From Eledone cirrhosa (taxonomy: Eukaryota): a stretch of DNA of 64,000 nucleotides. Below, piece by piece: positions 13,414 to 27,522 of this stretch. How positions within the stretch are numbered: the stretch's first letter is position 1; each line of letters opens with the position of its first letter. Position numbers and translations under genes: made by a program. The notes under the pieces were generated by a model. The model did no database searches and was not told the DNA's origin. It saw only the letters and a list, made by a program, of their open reading frames with translations. The DNA is taken from contig OZ024743.1 of assembly GCA_964016885.1 (NCBI GenBank), positions 355,446,001 to 355,510,000 of the forward strand, written 5' to 3'.

Positions 13414-13608
13414 CAACGTTCAGTCTCCATATCTCGGGGATGTTTACATATAAATATAATTGCATAAGTTGTCATTACATGACAACTGCAGACACCACAG
13501 AAATATGTATAACAGTAGATTATCCAATAAAGTGAATTATAAGAAACATGCATTCATATTCATTATTGTATATGTTTAAGTGTATATATATGTATGTACA
13601 TATATATA

Positions 13609-13693
<85 letters not shown>

Positions 13694-13878
13694 ATGTGTG
13701 TGTGTGGGTGTATATATATATATATATATATATGAAAGACGTAAAATAAGAAAATTATAAAAATTAACTTACTAAAATTTCACTCCTTGCATTGAACCAC
13801 AAAGTTACTAAGACAAAACCTATATATTTGCTAGCATAGGTATGCATCTGTATATATATGTTGGTAGATATACTAATT

Positions 13879-13924
<46 letters not shown>

Positions 13925-13968
13925 AAATGTGTGAGATCCTTGGTACAGTTAGGTATATTTGAATATTT

Positions 13969-14092
13969 GAAAAAGAGAAAAAGAATGACTTCACTTGTAG
14001 TTCTAAATAATTTGATTTAATTTTATATCATAATATAAAATTAAATCAAATTATTTAGAACTACAAGTGAAGCCATTCTTTTCCTTTTTTCC
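13969..14092. repeat. ~120-bp near-perfect palindrome in a (TA)n-flanked insert
   Basis: aagaatgacttcacttgtagttctaaataatttgatttaattttatat mirrored around ~14030. No ribozyme core seen. Confidence 0.9.
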
Positions 14093-14169
14093 ATATATAT
14101 ATATACATATATATATATAATATTAATTCAAAATATTAATAAATATAGACATTCAAATAATCAAATATC

Positions 14170-14231
14170 TTTTATTATATATATTTCGGAGGTACTGTGC
14201 TGTTTCCTCAGTACGTTCTCATCAGATAAAA
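14170..14231 (-). ncRNA. Type-I hammerhead ribozyme (mirror copy)
   Basis: Reverse complement of 14369-14430 with one stem II substitution. Confidence 0.75.
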
Positions 14232-14368
14232 TATATAAATTGATGTATGACATAGCTCAACTGTGCTGATGGTTCAATTTTAGTCTTGGCAGTGGTTCCA
14301 TTCCAGTCTGCCAAGACTGGAATTGAACCATTAGCACAGTTGAGCTATGTCATACATCAATTTATATA

Positions 14369-14430
14369 TTTTATCTGATGAGGACGTACTGAGGAAACAG
14401 CACAGTACCTCCGAAATATATATAATAAAA
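14369..14430 (+). ncRNA. Type-I hammerhead ribozyme
   Basis: ttttat-CTGATGA-gga c gtactg[loop]cagtac c tcc-GAAA-tatata-TA/ataaaa. All three stems pair; predicted cut after 14424. Confidence 0.88.
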
Positions 14431-14585
14431 GATATTTGATTATTTGAATGTCTATATTTATTAATATTTTGAATTAATATTAATAACTCCGGAAAATTTT
14501 TTACGGTTGGGTGCTTCTAATCTATTGTAAATCTATATTCGTTGATCAATCAATGAACCTTGTTTAACTTTTGGTTATATTTTGG

Positions 14586-15316
<731 letters not shown>

Positions 15317-15484
15317 TATATAATATAAATATATATGTAAATAAGTCTATATGGATCAACATGTCTCTATATAAATATCTATAGTATATAGATGTGTGTA
15401 TGTCTGTGCGCATGACTGTTTGTGTGTACAAATCTAAAGACATTTTTTTTCAAATCCAACCCGCTTTATCTTATTTTTCATTAT

Positions 15485-15522
15485 TTCATCTGATGAAGGA
15501 CTAGCGTCCGAAACGTTAAGAC
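15485..15522 (+). ncRNA. Minimal Penelope-type hammerhead motif, stem I eroded
   Basis: CTGATGA-a-ggac-tagc-gtcc-GAAA-cgtt. Confidence 0.5.
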
Positions 15523-15610
15523 CCTCTTCCTGCTATGTCAAGCGTTAACCTAATATATCCCTTCCGTATACTGTACCGATTGTGTTGTTTCTGTTTACCT
15601 TTTACACACT

Positions 15611-15646
<36 letters not shown>

Positions 15647-16413
15647 AGTGTGTGTGTGCGCGCGCGTGTGTGTGTGCATGCGTGTGTGTGTGTGTGTGTC
15701 TACATTGATATATATGTCTAAGTAGGTATATAAGATGATAGATATGAATAATCTTGGATGGATGGAGCAGCTGTTTTTGTATATAATCTCATATTCAATA
15801 AATATTACTTGAATTGTATGATTTTTAGCATACGTGTGGTATGATAATGGTTGATCGTTATTTGTACATATATATCGCTGGTATTCTGCTACCCCCAAAC
15901 CAGTGCCATTACAATCTGACGAAAGTTCTCATCAAGCGAGGAAAAGCAGGTGAACGTAAAAGAATTTTACCATCTTAATAGGAAATGAGTCTTTCTGTCA
16001 TTTTTTAAACAGTATCGTCTGCTTCTTAACAAATTTTTTGTGAGGTCTACAAACGGACACTTTTCTTCTCCTTGTTTATATGAATTTATAGAAATATATA
16101 TTTTCTTCTTCTTTATTGTCCTCTTAGTTCCGCATCTATTTTTCATCTTCCAAAACTTGATGTGTTTGAGGATTCTTCTGCCTTCATTTTTATTTGTTGT
16201 TGTTGTTGAGTGTTTTCATCCGTCTTCCTTTCACACGTTTTTTACCTTTATTTTTTTGTTTATATTCAACTTCAGGCACATCTCTCCTTATCCGTCTGCT
16301 CTCCTTCCTTCCCTTTTGTCTAATTTATTTCTCTCTTTTTTTACTCTTTTATTTCCCTCTTTATACTCTCACGCACATCTCTCCAACAGTTTTTACTGGA
16401 GTATATATATATA

Positions 16414-16801
16414 TATTATTTCTGACTTAGGCACAAGGCCAGCAATTTTGGGGAGGGGAAAGTCGATTAAATCAACCCCAGTGCATTGCTGGTACTTTAT
16501 TTTATCGACCCCGTAAGGATGAAAGGCAAATTTAACCTCAGCGGGATTTGAACTCAGAATGACAAGGGCCGTAACTCTAGGCTGCAAAGCATGGCGTCCG
16601 ACCCTCTACCGATACTGCCAATCCACCACGATTATAATAATTGTTTCTACTTTTGGCACAAGGCCAGCAATTATCCAGTGTATTACTGGTACTTTATTTT
16701 ATCGACCCCGTAAGGATGAAAGGCAAATTTAACCTCGGCGGGATTTGAACTCAGAATGGCATGGGCCGTAACTCTATACGTCAAAGCATGGCGTCCGACC
16801 C
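16414..16801 (-). mobile_element. Two tandem tRNA-derived SINEs (16414-16628, 16635-16801)
   Basis: Same family; long-tail and short-tail variants. Confidence 0.9.
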
Positions 16802-17008
16802 TTAGTTAAGCCTTCATTACGTTTATTGCTTGGTGACGCTCGCTTCGCTCTTGATCAGCTGAAGGTTCGATCTGTAACGATCTGGCCCGACTCTGGAATG
16901 AAACGCTCGTCGGACCTCTGCTGTTGTAATGACAAAATGAACACTCCCTGGATATATATATATCAATGATATTAATAAATGAAAACTATATTTATAAAAC
17001 CATATTTA

Positions 17009-17065
17009 TTCTATTATATATATTTCAAGGGTACCAAAACTTTGGTACGCTTTCATCAGATAAAA
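17009..17065 (-). ncRNA. Type-I hammerhead ribozyme (mirror copy)
   Basis: ttttat-CTGATGA-aag c gtacca..tggtac c ctt-GAAA-tatata-TA/atagaa on the minus strand. Confidence 0.85.
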
Positions 17066-17191
17066 TAGAAATTTTGTTTTATAAATATTGACATATCCAG
17101 GAAGGAGATCTTAACTGTTCAATTTTTTCTTAACTTGAACAGTTAAGATCTCCTTCCGGGATATGTCAATATTTATAAAACAAACTTTCTA

Positions 17192-17248
17192 TTTTATCTG
17201 ATGAAAGCGTACCAAAGTGTTGGTACCCTTGAAATATATATAATAGAA
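17192..17248 (+). ncRNA. Type-I hammerhead ribozyme
   Basis: ttttat-CTGATGA-aag c gtaccaa agtg ttggtac c ctt-GAAA-tatata-TA/atagaa. Confidence 0.88.
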
Positions 17249-17789
17249 TAAATAAGGTTTTATAAATATAGTTTCCAGTTTTATAAATATACTTTATTAA
17301 TATCATTGATATTATACTCCAGAGAACTTGTCGAGTGCTTCGAATCAGTTACAAATATATATATTTGTTGAATTACCAACAAATTAAATATCCCTTTTGC
17401 TTATATAAATATATATCCGTATGTGGTTGACGGCTGAGAGAAAAGAGTACTAAATACCGAAGAAGTGTTTTAATATTCATTTAGCTACAGAGTAACAAGA
17501 GTCACTATTTAGCCATAATAAAATTAATATACATATGTGTGTGTGTGCGTGTGTGTGTACAGATAAAACAACATGTATAAAACAACATGTTTTATAAAAC
17601 AGCATGTTATATAAAGCAACAGGTTATATAAAACAACATGTTATATATTCAAATTTCCAGAAGACGATTTCATCTGTGTAAATATGTAATTTTGAAAACA
17701 GAATATGGTCTTGTTGTTAAAATAAATAGTGTTCTTGCTGTCTTTTTTTTTAGTCGTTGTTATTTGTAGCCCTAAATCAGCTATGATCT

Positions 17790-17976
17790 TGGGCAGTGTT
17801 GGTAGAAGGTCGGACGCCATGCTTTGACGCATAGAGTTACGGCCCTTGCCATTCTGTGTCCAAATCCCACCGAGGTTAACTTTGCCTTTCATCCTTACGG
17901 GGTCGATAAAATAAAGTACCAGTAATGCACTGGGTAATTGGTGGCCTTGTTGTGCCTAAAGTAGAAACAATTATTA
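17790..17976 (+). mobile_element. tRNA-derived SINE (Meta-like)
   Basis: Same family. Confidence 0.9.
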
Positions 17977-18905
17977 TCTTTCTTTTTTTTTGAAGGGGGG
18001 GTTACTGCTATTTCTAGTAAATGGTCTACGGAGATAGATTACAGACAGATGGAATCATATAGACTGCCTATGTACAATAGACATATATAAGTTTCACTGT
18101 GCATAGTTTAAACAGCGACCATGTTATCCTTGTTATGGTTTTAGCACCAGATGCAGCACAGCCGACCAAATATTTTCACTGTGGCAGGTATTTGGGAAAT
18201 CATGAGAGAATTGCCAAAACGTGTATTCTTGTTTTGTAGACCTCGAATAGGCATATGGCCGCGTTTGTAGTGATGGTTTTATAGAAGCGGATTTGTAGTT
18301 GACATGATGTTAGTGCTCGGTTTGTTGTTGTTCAACCTAGCATCCCCGTTTCAACAGTTGGTAAATTAACCCGAGACTACATTATCATCTACTACATCAC
18401 CATTACATCTTAAAACAGCCATTTTAACCTTTTAAAACATACACACACAAACACTGTTAAATTCAGTTTCTTTTATTTATTTCGTCGCACATTTTGACCT
18501 TGTCAGTGACGTAATTCTACTGCGAGTCATTTACCAAACATTTTCGGGTGGTTTGGTCTCTATTGATAGTAGGTCCAAAAATCTCACAGATACCCCCCCC
18601 CCTCTCTCTCTCTCCTCCCCTTCCCTCTCTCTCTCTCTCTCTTTCTTTCTCTCTCTCTCATCCCACCTGTCTCTCTCCCCCTCTCTCTCATCCCTCTTTC
18701 TCTTTCACCGCTCCCTCTCTCTCTTTCTTTCTCTCTCTCTCTCCACCCTCTCTCTCTCCCTCTCTCCCCCTCTCTCTCTCTCTCTCGTTATATTATCACT
18801 TCAATGAGTGTATATAGAGGGAGCCCACTTAGCTCTTATCTGCTACATATTTCTACAAAAAACTATTTTACAATAATCTCCGCACATATTGCTACTATTA
18901 TTATA

Positions 18906-19094
18906 GTGGATTGGCAGTATCGGTAGAGGGTTGGACGTCATGCTTTGACCCATAGAGTTACGGCCCTTGCCATTCTGAGTTCAAATCCCCCCGAGGTTAA
19001 CTTTGCCTTTCATCCTTACGGGGTCGATAAAATAAAGTACCAGTAATACACTGGGTAATTGCTGGCCTTGTACGAAAAGTAGAAACAATTATTA
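18906..19094 (+). mobile_element. tRNA-derived SINE (Meta-like)
   Basis: Same family; attatag duplicated at both ends. Confidence 0.9.
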
Positions 19095-19213
19095 TAGTTA
19101 AGATTCTAGTTACATACAGTGACATACAGAGATCGCTAAGATTGACGGAGTCCCCTCCTTGCATATTTCTGGCTTTGTGCTTATGCTAGAAACAGTCATG
19201 TTGCTGTTGTTGC

Positions 19214-19253
<40 letters not shown>

Positions 19254-19717
19254 GATGACGTTGGTATTTTACCGTAATAAATAGTTATGTTCAAAATTTT
19301 ATTTCTTTCATTACGAGTCGATCTCCCTCTCTCCCTCCATCTCTCTCACTTTTTCTTTCTCTCTTTCTCTCTCTTACTCTCTCTCTCTCACCCCATCTCT
19401 CTCCATCTCTCCATCTCTCTCTCTCATTTTCTTTCTCTCTCTTTCTCTCTCTCTCACTCCACATCCCTCCATCTCTCTCTCTCTCTCATTCTCTCTCTCT
19501 CTCTCTCTATTTCTCTCTCTCTCTTACTCTTTCTCACACACATACATATAACACACTTCCCTTCTTTCTCTTCCTTTCACTTTCTGTTTCATTTTCTTTC
19601 TCTCACATCATCTAACCCCACCCTACCCCACCACCCCCACCCACACACACTCACTGTCTTTCCATCACATTAAGTATCCACATCGCAATTTTCATTTCAT
19701 TAGATTTGATCATATTT

Positions 19718-19858
19718 CATCATCACCATTATCATCATCACCATTATCATCATCATCGTCACCATCACCATCATCATCATCATCATCATCACCATCACCA
19801 TCATCATCATCATCATCATCATCATCGTCACCATCACCATCATCATCGTCATCATCAC

Positions 19859-19890
<32 letters not shown>

Positions 19891-20138
19891 CCATCACCAT
19901 CATCATCATCATCACCATCACCATCACCATTACCATCATCATCAGCACCATCACCATCATCATCACCATCATCACCATCACCATCACCATCATCATCACC
20001 ATCATCATCACCATCACCATCACCATTACCATCATTATCACCATCACCATCACCATCATCATCACCATCATCATCACCATTACCATCATCACCATCACCA
20101 TCATCATCACCATCACCATCACCACCATCATCATCATC
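19718..20138. repeat. (CAT/CAC)n trinucleotide repeat
   Basis: Directly visible; source of the poly-His, poly-Asp and poly-Met ORFs. Confidence 0.95.
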
Positions 20139-20419
20139 CTTTTCATCGGCAACGAGAGCAAAAGAAAAGACAAAATGATCTTTCCTATTAATCACCATCA
20201 ATATGATCATCTTTTTATGGATAAATTTATATTATTATTGTTAATGTTGTTATTATTAATATTGATATCAATATTATCATTATTGATATTGATGTTAATG
20301 TTATTCATTAATATTTATCGTTGTAATTTATTTGCCACAAGGGCTACAAAGATAATGATGTAATTGTTTGTCTTCTTGTTGACGCTTGTTTATATTTATG
20401 TTTATCTTTTATTTTCTCC

Positions 20420-21025
20420 TCATCAACATCACCATCATTAGTATCATCACCATCATTAGTATCCTCACCATCATTAGTATCATCACCATCATCACCATCA
20501 TCACCATCATTAGTATCATCACCATCATCACCATCATCACCATCATTAGTATCATCACCATCATCACCATCATCACCATCATCACCATCATTAGTATCAT
20601 CACCATCATCACCATCATCACCATCATTAGTATCATCACCATCATCACCATCATCACCATCATTAGTATCATCACCATCATCACCATCATCACCATCATC
20701 ACCATCATTAGTATCATCACCATCATCACCATCATCACCATCATTAGTATCATCACCATCATCACCATCATCACCATCATTAGTATCATCACCATCATCA
20801 CCATCATCACCATCATTAGTATCATCACCATCATCACCATCATCACCATCATTAGTATCATCACCATCATTAGTATCATCATTATTATAATTATCACTCT
20901 ATAATTCACCATCATTATCATCAGCATTATCATCTTCACCATCATTATCATCAGCATTATCATCTTCACCATCATTATCATCAGCATTATCATCTTCACC
21001 ATCATTATCATCAGCATTATCTCCA
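20420..21025. repeat. (CAT)n-derived higher-order repeat (9-bp subunits, then ~3.5 x 30-bp units)
   Basis: catcaccat/cattagtat subunits; atcattatcatcagcattatcatcttcacc repeats from ~20911. Confidence 0.95.
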
Positions 21026-22117
21026 TCAGCAGCAGTAGATTATCGTCATTGTCATACCATCATCTCCAACAGTATTAATATGTGTTGCTACAGCAATATA
21101 TTATCATCATTCTCATCACCATCATAAGAGTCGGTCGGTTCCCCCCCCCCCCCCACTACAGCCACCCTTGCACCATAAACAACACCACTACCATCACAAC
21201 AATGACAACAGCAAAACCATAACAATAACATCAAGTCTGTAATACCCCTATCACATCTAGCGTCCCATCTCAACAACAACACTAATACCCCGACGCCAAC
21301 ACCACCTCCACCACCATTACTATTATAAAAGAAGGTAACATTAGCATTACAACATATATACTACTGTCTTTAAGAAAGATAGACTCATTCGTTAAAGTAA
21401 TCCTATACTAGAGATACAATATGTCACTGTTGAAATGGCTTTGGTCATAGGTCTGCTTAATGAGGCTGACTTGGGGTTATATAGCAACACCTCACCCATA
21501 ACTAATGTCAATGCCAAGACTATTACCACAATCACAGCTATTATTATAATAGTCACTATAACCACAATTATTACGAAAAAGCAATCAAATATCCGGCAAA
21601 ATCTGCTTGGTAGAACCGCGTGTCAATGGAGGGTGTAGTATCCATATCTACTATGGTAAAAGAGAATACGTTAGATAATATAGTCCTAGATTTATAAGGA
21701 CTAAAAAATAAAGATTTACTAAAAGAAAGGAAGGATAATAAACATACGAAACATATAAGAACATGTCAAGTCGTCCATGTAAATTAAAGGCACAGAATAG
21801 ATATATAAATATCTTAAAAGGCTCAATAGTGAAAACGATCTACTTTATTTACAAAATTAAGAACAGACTTTGTAATTGACCTATACACAGGTAAAAACCC
21901 AACAGTTAGGTTAGTTCGGAGCAACCTATAACGCTGTTTACCCACCACTCGCCAAAATCTACCGTAACGCACAATTTAGACATCAGGGATCCATGGCTCA
22001 TTTGCAAGACCTGGAAATTCGGATTCTTCCGTGGAGTTAAGTCCTCTTCTTGGATTTTACACAACTTTCGCTTTCGCTTTTCGACCTTGCGTCGTTTTCT
22101 TTTATCTTTTCTTTCGC

Positions 22118-23125
22118 TAGCTGAGGAACAGTGTAGTTTTTGCCCTGAGCACTGCACAGCCCAATACATTTTCCCACTGCGGAAGTTCTTTGAGAAATCG
22201 TGAGAGTATTGCCAAAGGATGTATTCTTGCTTCGTATCCTCGAAAATCATACAACTGTATTCTACGGGACCTGCTGCGAAATGTTCTGCGGGAGTATAGG
22301 ATCGGTGGTCAGCTTCTTGTTGCCCTGAATTCTCTGTACGAATGTCCTAATATTTATGTTCGGATAAATGGTGCTAAATCGAAACCATTCAATGTGGGTA
22401 TCGGACTCCGCCAAGGGTGCGCAATGTCACCTCTCCAGTTCATAATCTTCATGAATAGAATTAACATGCGCAGCCAGTTGTATGTGGTATCATGACTGGT
22501 GAGTTTAGGATCAGTCGGCTGGAATTTGCAAACGCTATGGTGTTACTTAACTTGACAGCAGGTGATCTCCGACATGCACTTGATAGGTTTGATGTCGAGT
22601 GCTGCATGACTGGAATGAAAATTAATACTGCGAAGACTGAGACACTTCTCTCAAGAAAGATGCAAAGTGCACTCTAGATGTGGAGTTCCACTGAAGCAGG
22701 TGGAGAAGTACCTGGGGGCCGTGTTCACGACTGATGGAAGGCAGGAGGCTGAATTAAGTGCAAGAATTGCAGGACCTACTGCAGTAATGTGCCAGCTTCA
22801 GCATTCCATAATCAGAAGAAGGGAGGTAGGTGTAAAAGCCGAACTCGCTATCTTCAATTCGTTATTCAGGCCAACCCTTACCTATAGTCATGAATCTTGG
22901 GTAATGACGGAAAGAATGCGATCACGAATACAAGCGGCTGATTCCTCCGAAGGGTCTTTGGAATAACGTTACTCGATGGAGTGCGTAGTTTAGAGAGCAA
23001 GGATATGCTCCAGGTAGAGCTGCTACTTCTCCCAATTGACAGATTCCAGCTCCAATATTACGGGCATGTGATTACGATGTCTCAGGAAAGAATTGCTGGA
23101 CAGGTTTTACGGGCAAAAATCAACT
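22118..23125 (+). pseudogene. RTE-clade LINE reverse transcriptase fragment
   Basis: EEQCSF, GLRQGCAMSPLQFIIFM, LEFANAMVL (FADD-like), GMKINTAKTE, KYLG, PTLTYSHESW; multiple frameshifts. Confidence 0.88.
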
Positions 23126-23650
23126 GATAATTGTTCAACCAAAGATAGGAGACTGTCATACGAGAAAGATAGAGATTGATGGATAACGAAAGAGAGAGAG
23201 AGAGAGAGATTGAGAGAGATAGAGAAATGGCCACTTTGTCGTTTTCATTGGATTAAAGTGTTCAACATTGCGTTATTCTTATTTATTTATTTATTTATTT
23301 TTGTTTACTATTTGAGATTAGGATATTATTTGTATCTGCTGGTGAATTAAAATTTTCTTTACGGGAAAAAATTTCTTCTTTTCTTCTGTTTACTGCCTGC
23401 AAAACGTTTTCGTTTTTCCCCGAATATTTTGTGGGGCGATGATTTTAAATACCATATTTTTCCGAATGATATAAAAGAAGAAACAAAAGTATCTTCACAA
23501 AGTATAGTCTTTCATATACCAAACAATTAAATAGCCCCTTTGATATTTAGAATTTCTTCATTAAATTATTTTTTTTAAATATATTTTCACCAGGTAATAC
23601 ACCACGATTTAGGAAATCCAGACATAAAGCCTCCCGATTGTCTCAAAGTT

Positions 23651-23985
23651 ACTACTTTTGGCACAAGGCCAGCAATTTTGAGCGGTAGAGAAAGTTTAAT
23701 CCAGTACTTTACTGGTACTTTATTCTATTGACCCCAGAAAGATGAAAGGGAAAGTTGGTTTTGGCGAAATGTGAACTCAGAAAGTAAAAACCCAGAACAA
23801 ATACGCTCTAAGCATGTTTCCGATGCTCTAACGACTCTATAATAATTATGGCTTCTGATTTAGGAACATGACCAACAATTTGGGAGGACAGCAAGTCGAT
23901 TAAATCTACCCCAGTACGTTACTGGTACTTTATTTTATCGGCGCCATAAGGATGGAAAACAAAGCTAGCTTCGGCGGGATTCGAA
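23651..23985 (-). mobile_element. Two older diverged copies of the Meta-like SINE
   Basis: actggtactttattttatcg core and ggcacaaggccagcaatt tail are recognisable. Confidence 0.75.
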
Positions 23986-24009
23986 AATACTGCAATGAAA
24001 TTTCATCCG

Positions 24010-24099
24010 ACTACTACTACCACTACCACTACCACTACTACAACTACTACAACTACTACTACTAATACTAATACTTCTACTACCACCACCACCACCATC

Positions 24100-24130
<31 letters not shown>

Positions 24131-24150
24131 GCACCACCACCACCACCACC

Positions 24151-24181
<31 letters not shown>

Positions 24182-24216
24182 ATACTAATACTTCTACTAC
24201 CACCACCACCACCATC

Positions 24217-24250
<34 letters not shown>

Positions 24251-24270
24251 GCACCCCCACCACCACCACC

Positions 24271-24322
<52 letters not shown>

Positions 24323-24351
24323 GCACCATCACCATCACCACCACCACCACC

Positions 24352-24395
<44 letters not shown>

Positions 24396-24570
24396 CACTA
24401 CTACAACTACTACAACTACTACTACTAATACTAATACTACTACCACCACCACCACCACCACCACCACCACCACCACCACTACTACTACTACTGCTACTAC
24501 TACTGCCACTACCACTACTACCACTACTACTACTACTACTACCAGCACCACCACCATCACCACCACCACC

Positions 24571-24603
<33 letters not shown>

Positions 24604-24675
24604 GCCACTACCACTACTACCACTACTACTACTACTACTACTAGCACCACCACCACCACCACCACCACCACAACA

Positions 24676-24715
<40 letters not shown>

Positions 24716-24738
24716 GCACCACCACCACCACCACCACC

Positions 24739-24781
<43 letters not shown>

Positions 24782-24786
24782 ATACT
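24010..24786. repeat. (ACT/ACC)n trinucleotide repeat
   Basis: Directly visible; source of the poly-Thr and poly-Val ORFs. Confidence 0.95.
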
Positions 24787-25173
24787 ATTTTTACTAATAG
24801 AAAATTATAACGATAATGATATGTACTAATGGACAACGGTATCAAGAGAGGCAATTATCGTGTAGAGCGATAGAAAATATCCAAAATCGCGATAAACACT
24901 TAATTAAAAAAAAATTAATCTCATATGTGCAAAGATGTATACAAATGATATGTTTGTGTCTGTAAGTGTATCTATGTATCTGTAAGTGTGTACGTACGCT
25001 AGACCTATATAAATACATATTCATGCATGTTTTCAGCAGGAAAAAAAATATCATTATGGAAAAGCTGAAATCCCAATTGTATCTAATGAAGAAATAAGAT
25101 AATTACCTGTTATATACACACACACACACACCCCACACACACACATAAATCAACACTCATATATGGAAGTTTG

Positions 25174-25230
<57 letters not shown>

Positions 25231-25305
25231 ATATACATATATACATACATATATATATATATGTATGTATATGTATATACATGTATATATATATGTACAT
25301 ATATT

Positions 25306-25365
<60 letters not shown>

Positions 25366-25468
25366 ATATATATGTATAAAATATTTATACACACACATAA
25401 ACACTCACGCACACACACACACACACTTATATATATGTATATATATATATATTATATATATATACATA

Positions 25469-25532
<64 letters not shown>

Positions 25533-25789
25533 TTATTTTTTCATGAGTTAAGGCTCTATTGATTTCTCCCTGGATTTCACTAAATTCTGTTGGATGTGTC
25601 TATGTCCTGATTTTTTTTGAATTGAGTTTGAATTATTTTTCCCACATCTTACGTTAACTATTTTCCCATTTTGATGCTATAGTCACTTATCTATTATGGA
25701 ATACTGTTGGCTTCTTGCTACAATAGTTTCTACACTTTTCATTTATATATATATATATTTCTATATATATATATATTTCTGTTGCTTCA

Positions 25790-25974
25790 CAATTTTGTTT
25801 GTTTACCCTCGCGTCCCCTTTATTTACGTGTCCCAACGACTTTTTTTAGCCGTTGCTCGCACCAACCGGAGGTATATGGTCTTTAAAGCGATGAAATGCC
25901 TATGATGGTTGGAAGATCACTGATGAAGGACAAACTTTTTTCATATGTAACCCATTTGCAACTCCGCAGCGCCC

Positions 25975-25975
<1 letters not shown>
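25790..25975 (+). repeat. Dispersed repeat also present at 40860-41045
   Basis: Shared tgctcgcaccaaccggaggtatatg...gatgaaat...ggttggaa.atcact..gaagga...tcatatgtaaccca; both copies lie near (TA)n. Confidence 0.75.
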
Positions 25976-26044
<69 letters not shown>

Positions 26045-26093
26045 CAAAATTCAATAAGACCAAGGATAATCATTATCATTATTTATTTATAAG

Positions 26094-26385
26094 GGCCTTT
26101 CATCCTTACGGGGTCGATAAAATAAAGTACCAGTAATGCACTGGACAATTGCTGGCCTTGTGCCTAATGTAGAAACAATTATTTATTTATAAGGGCGGTG
26201 GATTGGCAGTATCGGTATAGGGTCGGACGCCATGCCTTGCAGCAAAGAGTTACGGCCCTTTATGGTCTGAATTCAAATACCACCAAGGTTAACTTTGCCT
26301 TTCATCCTTATGGGGTCGATAAAATAAAGTACCAGTAATACACTGGGCTAATTATGGCCTTGTGCCAAAAGTAGAAACAATTATT
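26094..26385 (+). mobile_element. Two tandem Meta-like SINEs (5'-truncated + full)
   Basis: Nested duplications of attatttatttat(aagggc). Confidence 0.9.
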
Positions 26386-26643
26386 TATTTATCATCCACG
26401 GTTGTTTCAACGCGACTAGAATATTTCGTCAATTGTGGAGAAAAAAACAAATATTACTAGTTAATTAACTCCATTGTAGGTACTATTCAGGAAATATAAT
26501 AAAACAACAATAATTTGTTTAAAATCATAAGAAAAATTATCAAGAATTATACAAGATTGAAAGTATAAAACAAATGCATAAGCTTCAGGATATAGTTTAA
26601 CCAAATAACAGCTTTAATGTAGTTTATAACTCATTATTTGTAC

Positions 26644-27061
26644 ATGGCAGAATCGTTAGAGGGTCTGACGCTATGCTTTGCAGCATAGAGTTACGGCCCT
26701 TTCCATTCTGAGTTCAAATCCCGCCGAGGTTAACTTTTCCTTTCATCCTTACAGGGTCGATAAAATAAAATACCAGTAATGCACTGGGTAATTGCTGGCC
26801 TTGTGCCTAAAGTAGAAACAATTATTTGTACATGCCCAAAGGGCGGTGGATTGGCAGTATCGGTAGAGAGTCGGACACCATGTTTTGCAGCATAGAGTTA
26901 TGGCCCTTTATGATCTGAGTTCAAATCCCGCCGAGGTTAACTTTGCCTTTCATCCTTACGGGGTCGATAAAATAAAGTACCAGTCACGCACTGGGGTCGA
27001 TTTAATCGACTTTCCCCTCCCCCCAAATTACTGGCCTTGTGCCTATATAAGAAACCATTAT
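26644..27061 (+). mobile_element. Two tandem Meta-like SINEs
   Basis: Three copies of the target attatttgtacatg bracket them. Confidence 0.9.
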
Positions 27062-27109
27062 TTGTACATGCCAAAAAAATTTCTATTCATAAGTATATTC
27101 CCACTATTC

Positions 27110-27522
27110 TGGAGAGGGCCAGCAACCCACCCAGAAGAAACATCAACCTGTTACGAAAGTGACCAGAAGAAACCGGACTGCCCAACATCGGAACGGACCT
27201 CTACATGACCCCACCAACGAGATATTGAATTACGCTCGAAAATTCATGTTGCCACGTGCAACGTCCTGCTGACATCCGCAAAACCCCTAGAATCTACACT
27301 ATGATTGCGGAGATGTTGGAGGCGGGCGGAGATAACATAATTCAATGGCTCACCCAGATAATCAACCGTGTATGAGTGTGAGAGCAGCTCCCAAATGACT
27401 GGACCCGGTACATCATTCTCGTCTCCTGGAAACCGGAAGGGCGATAAACTCGTCTCTAGCAATCACAGGGACATCACCCTCCTTTCCATCCCAGGCAAGC
27501 TCTTCGCCAAGTTTCTCCTTAG
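27110..27522 (+). pseudogene. RTE-clade LINE fragment (pre-RT/RT N-terminus)
   Basis: IAEMLEAGG..IQWL, LPNDW, KGDKLVSSNHRDITLLSIPGKLFAKFLL. Confidence 0.8.

Larger units (their letters stand above)
16960..17402 (+). mobile_element. Fold-back Penelope-type pLTR element with an HHR on both strands
   Basis: Arms 16960-17122 / 17135-17311 plus an unpaired tail; TA-rich flanks. Confidence 0.8.

Noticed and set aside
15915-15950. CTGACGA...GAAA spacing
   Set aside because: No convincing stem II, stem III or NUH.
19700-21026. Poly-His, poly-Asp/Gly and poly-Ile/Thr ORFs
   Set aside because: (CAT)n-type repeats open in several frames on both strands, with no unique coding flanks.
23995-24854. Mucin-like poly-Thr ORF
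   Set aside because: Pure (ACT/ACC)n microsatellite.
25918-25945. CTGATGAaggac in a dispersed repeat
   Set aside because: No GAAA or stems, and the paralog at ~40992 has cttacga.
26192-26290. A-box/B-box sequence suggesting a tRNA gene
   Set aside because: It is the SINE head: no cloverleaf, and it continues into the SINE core in about 20 copies.
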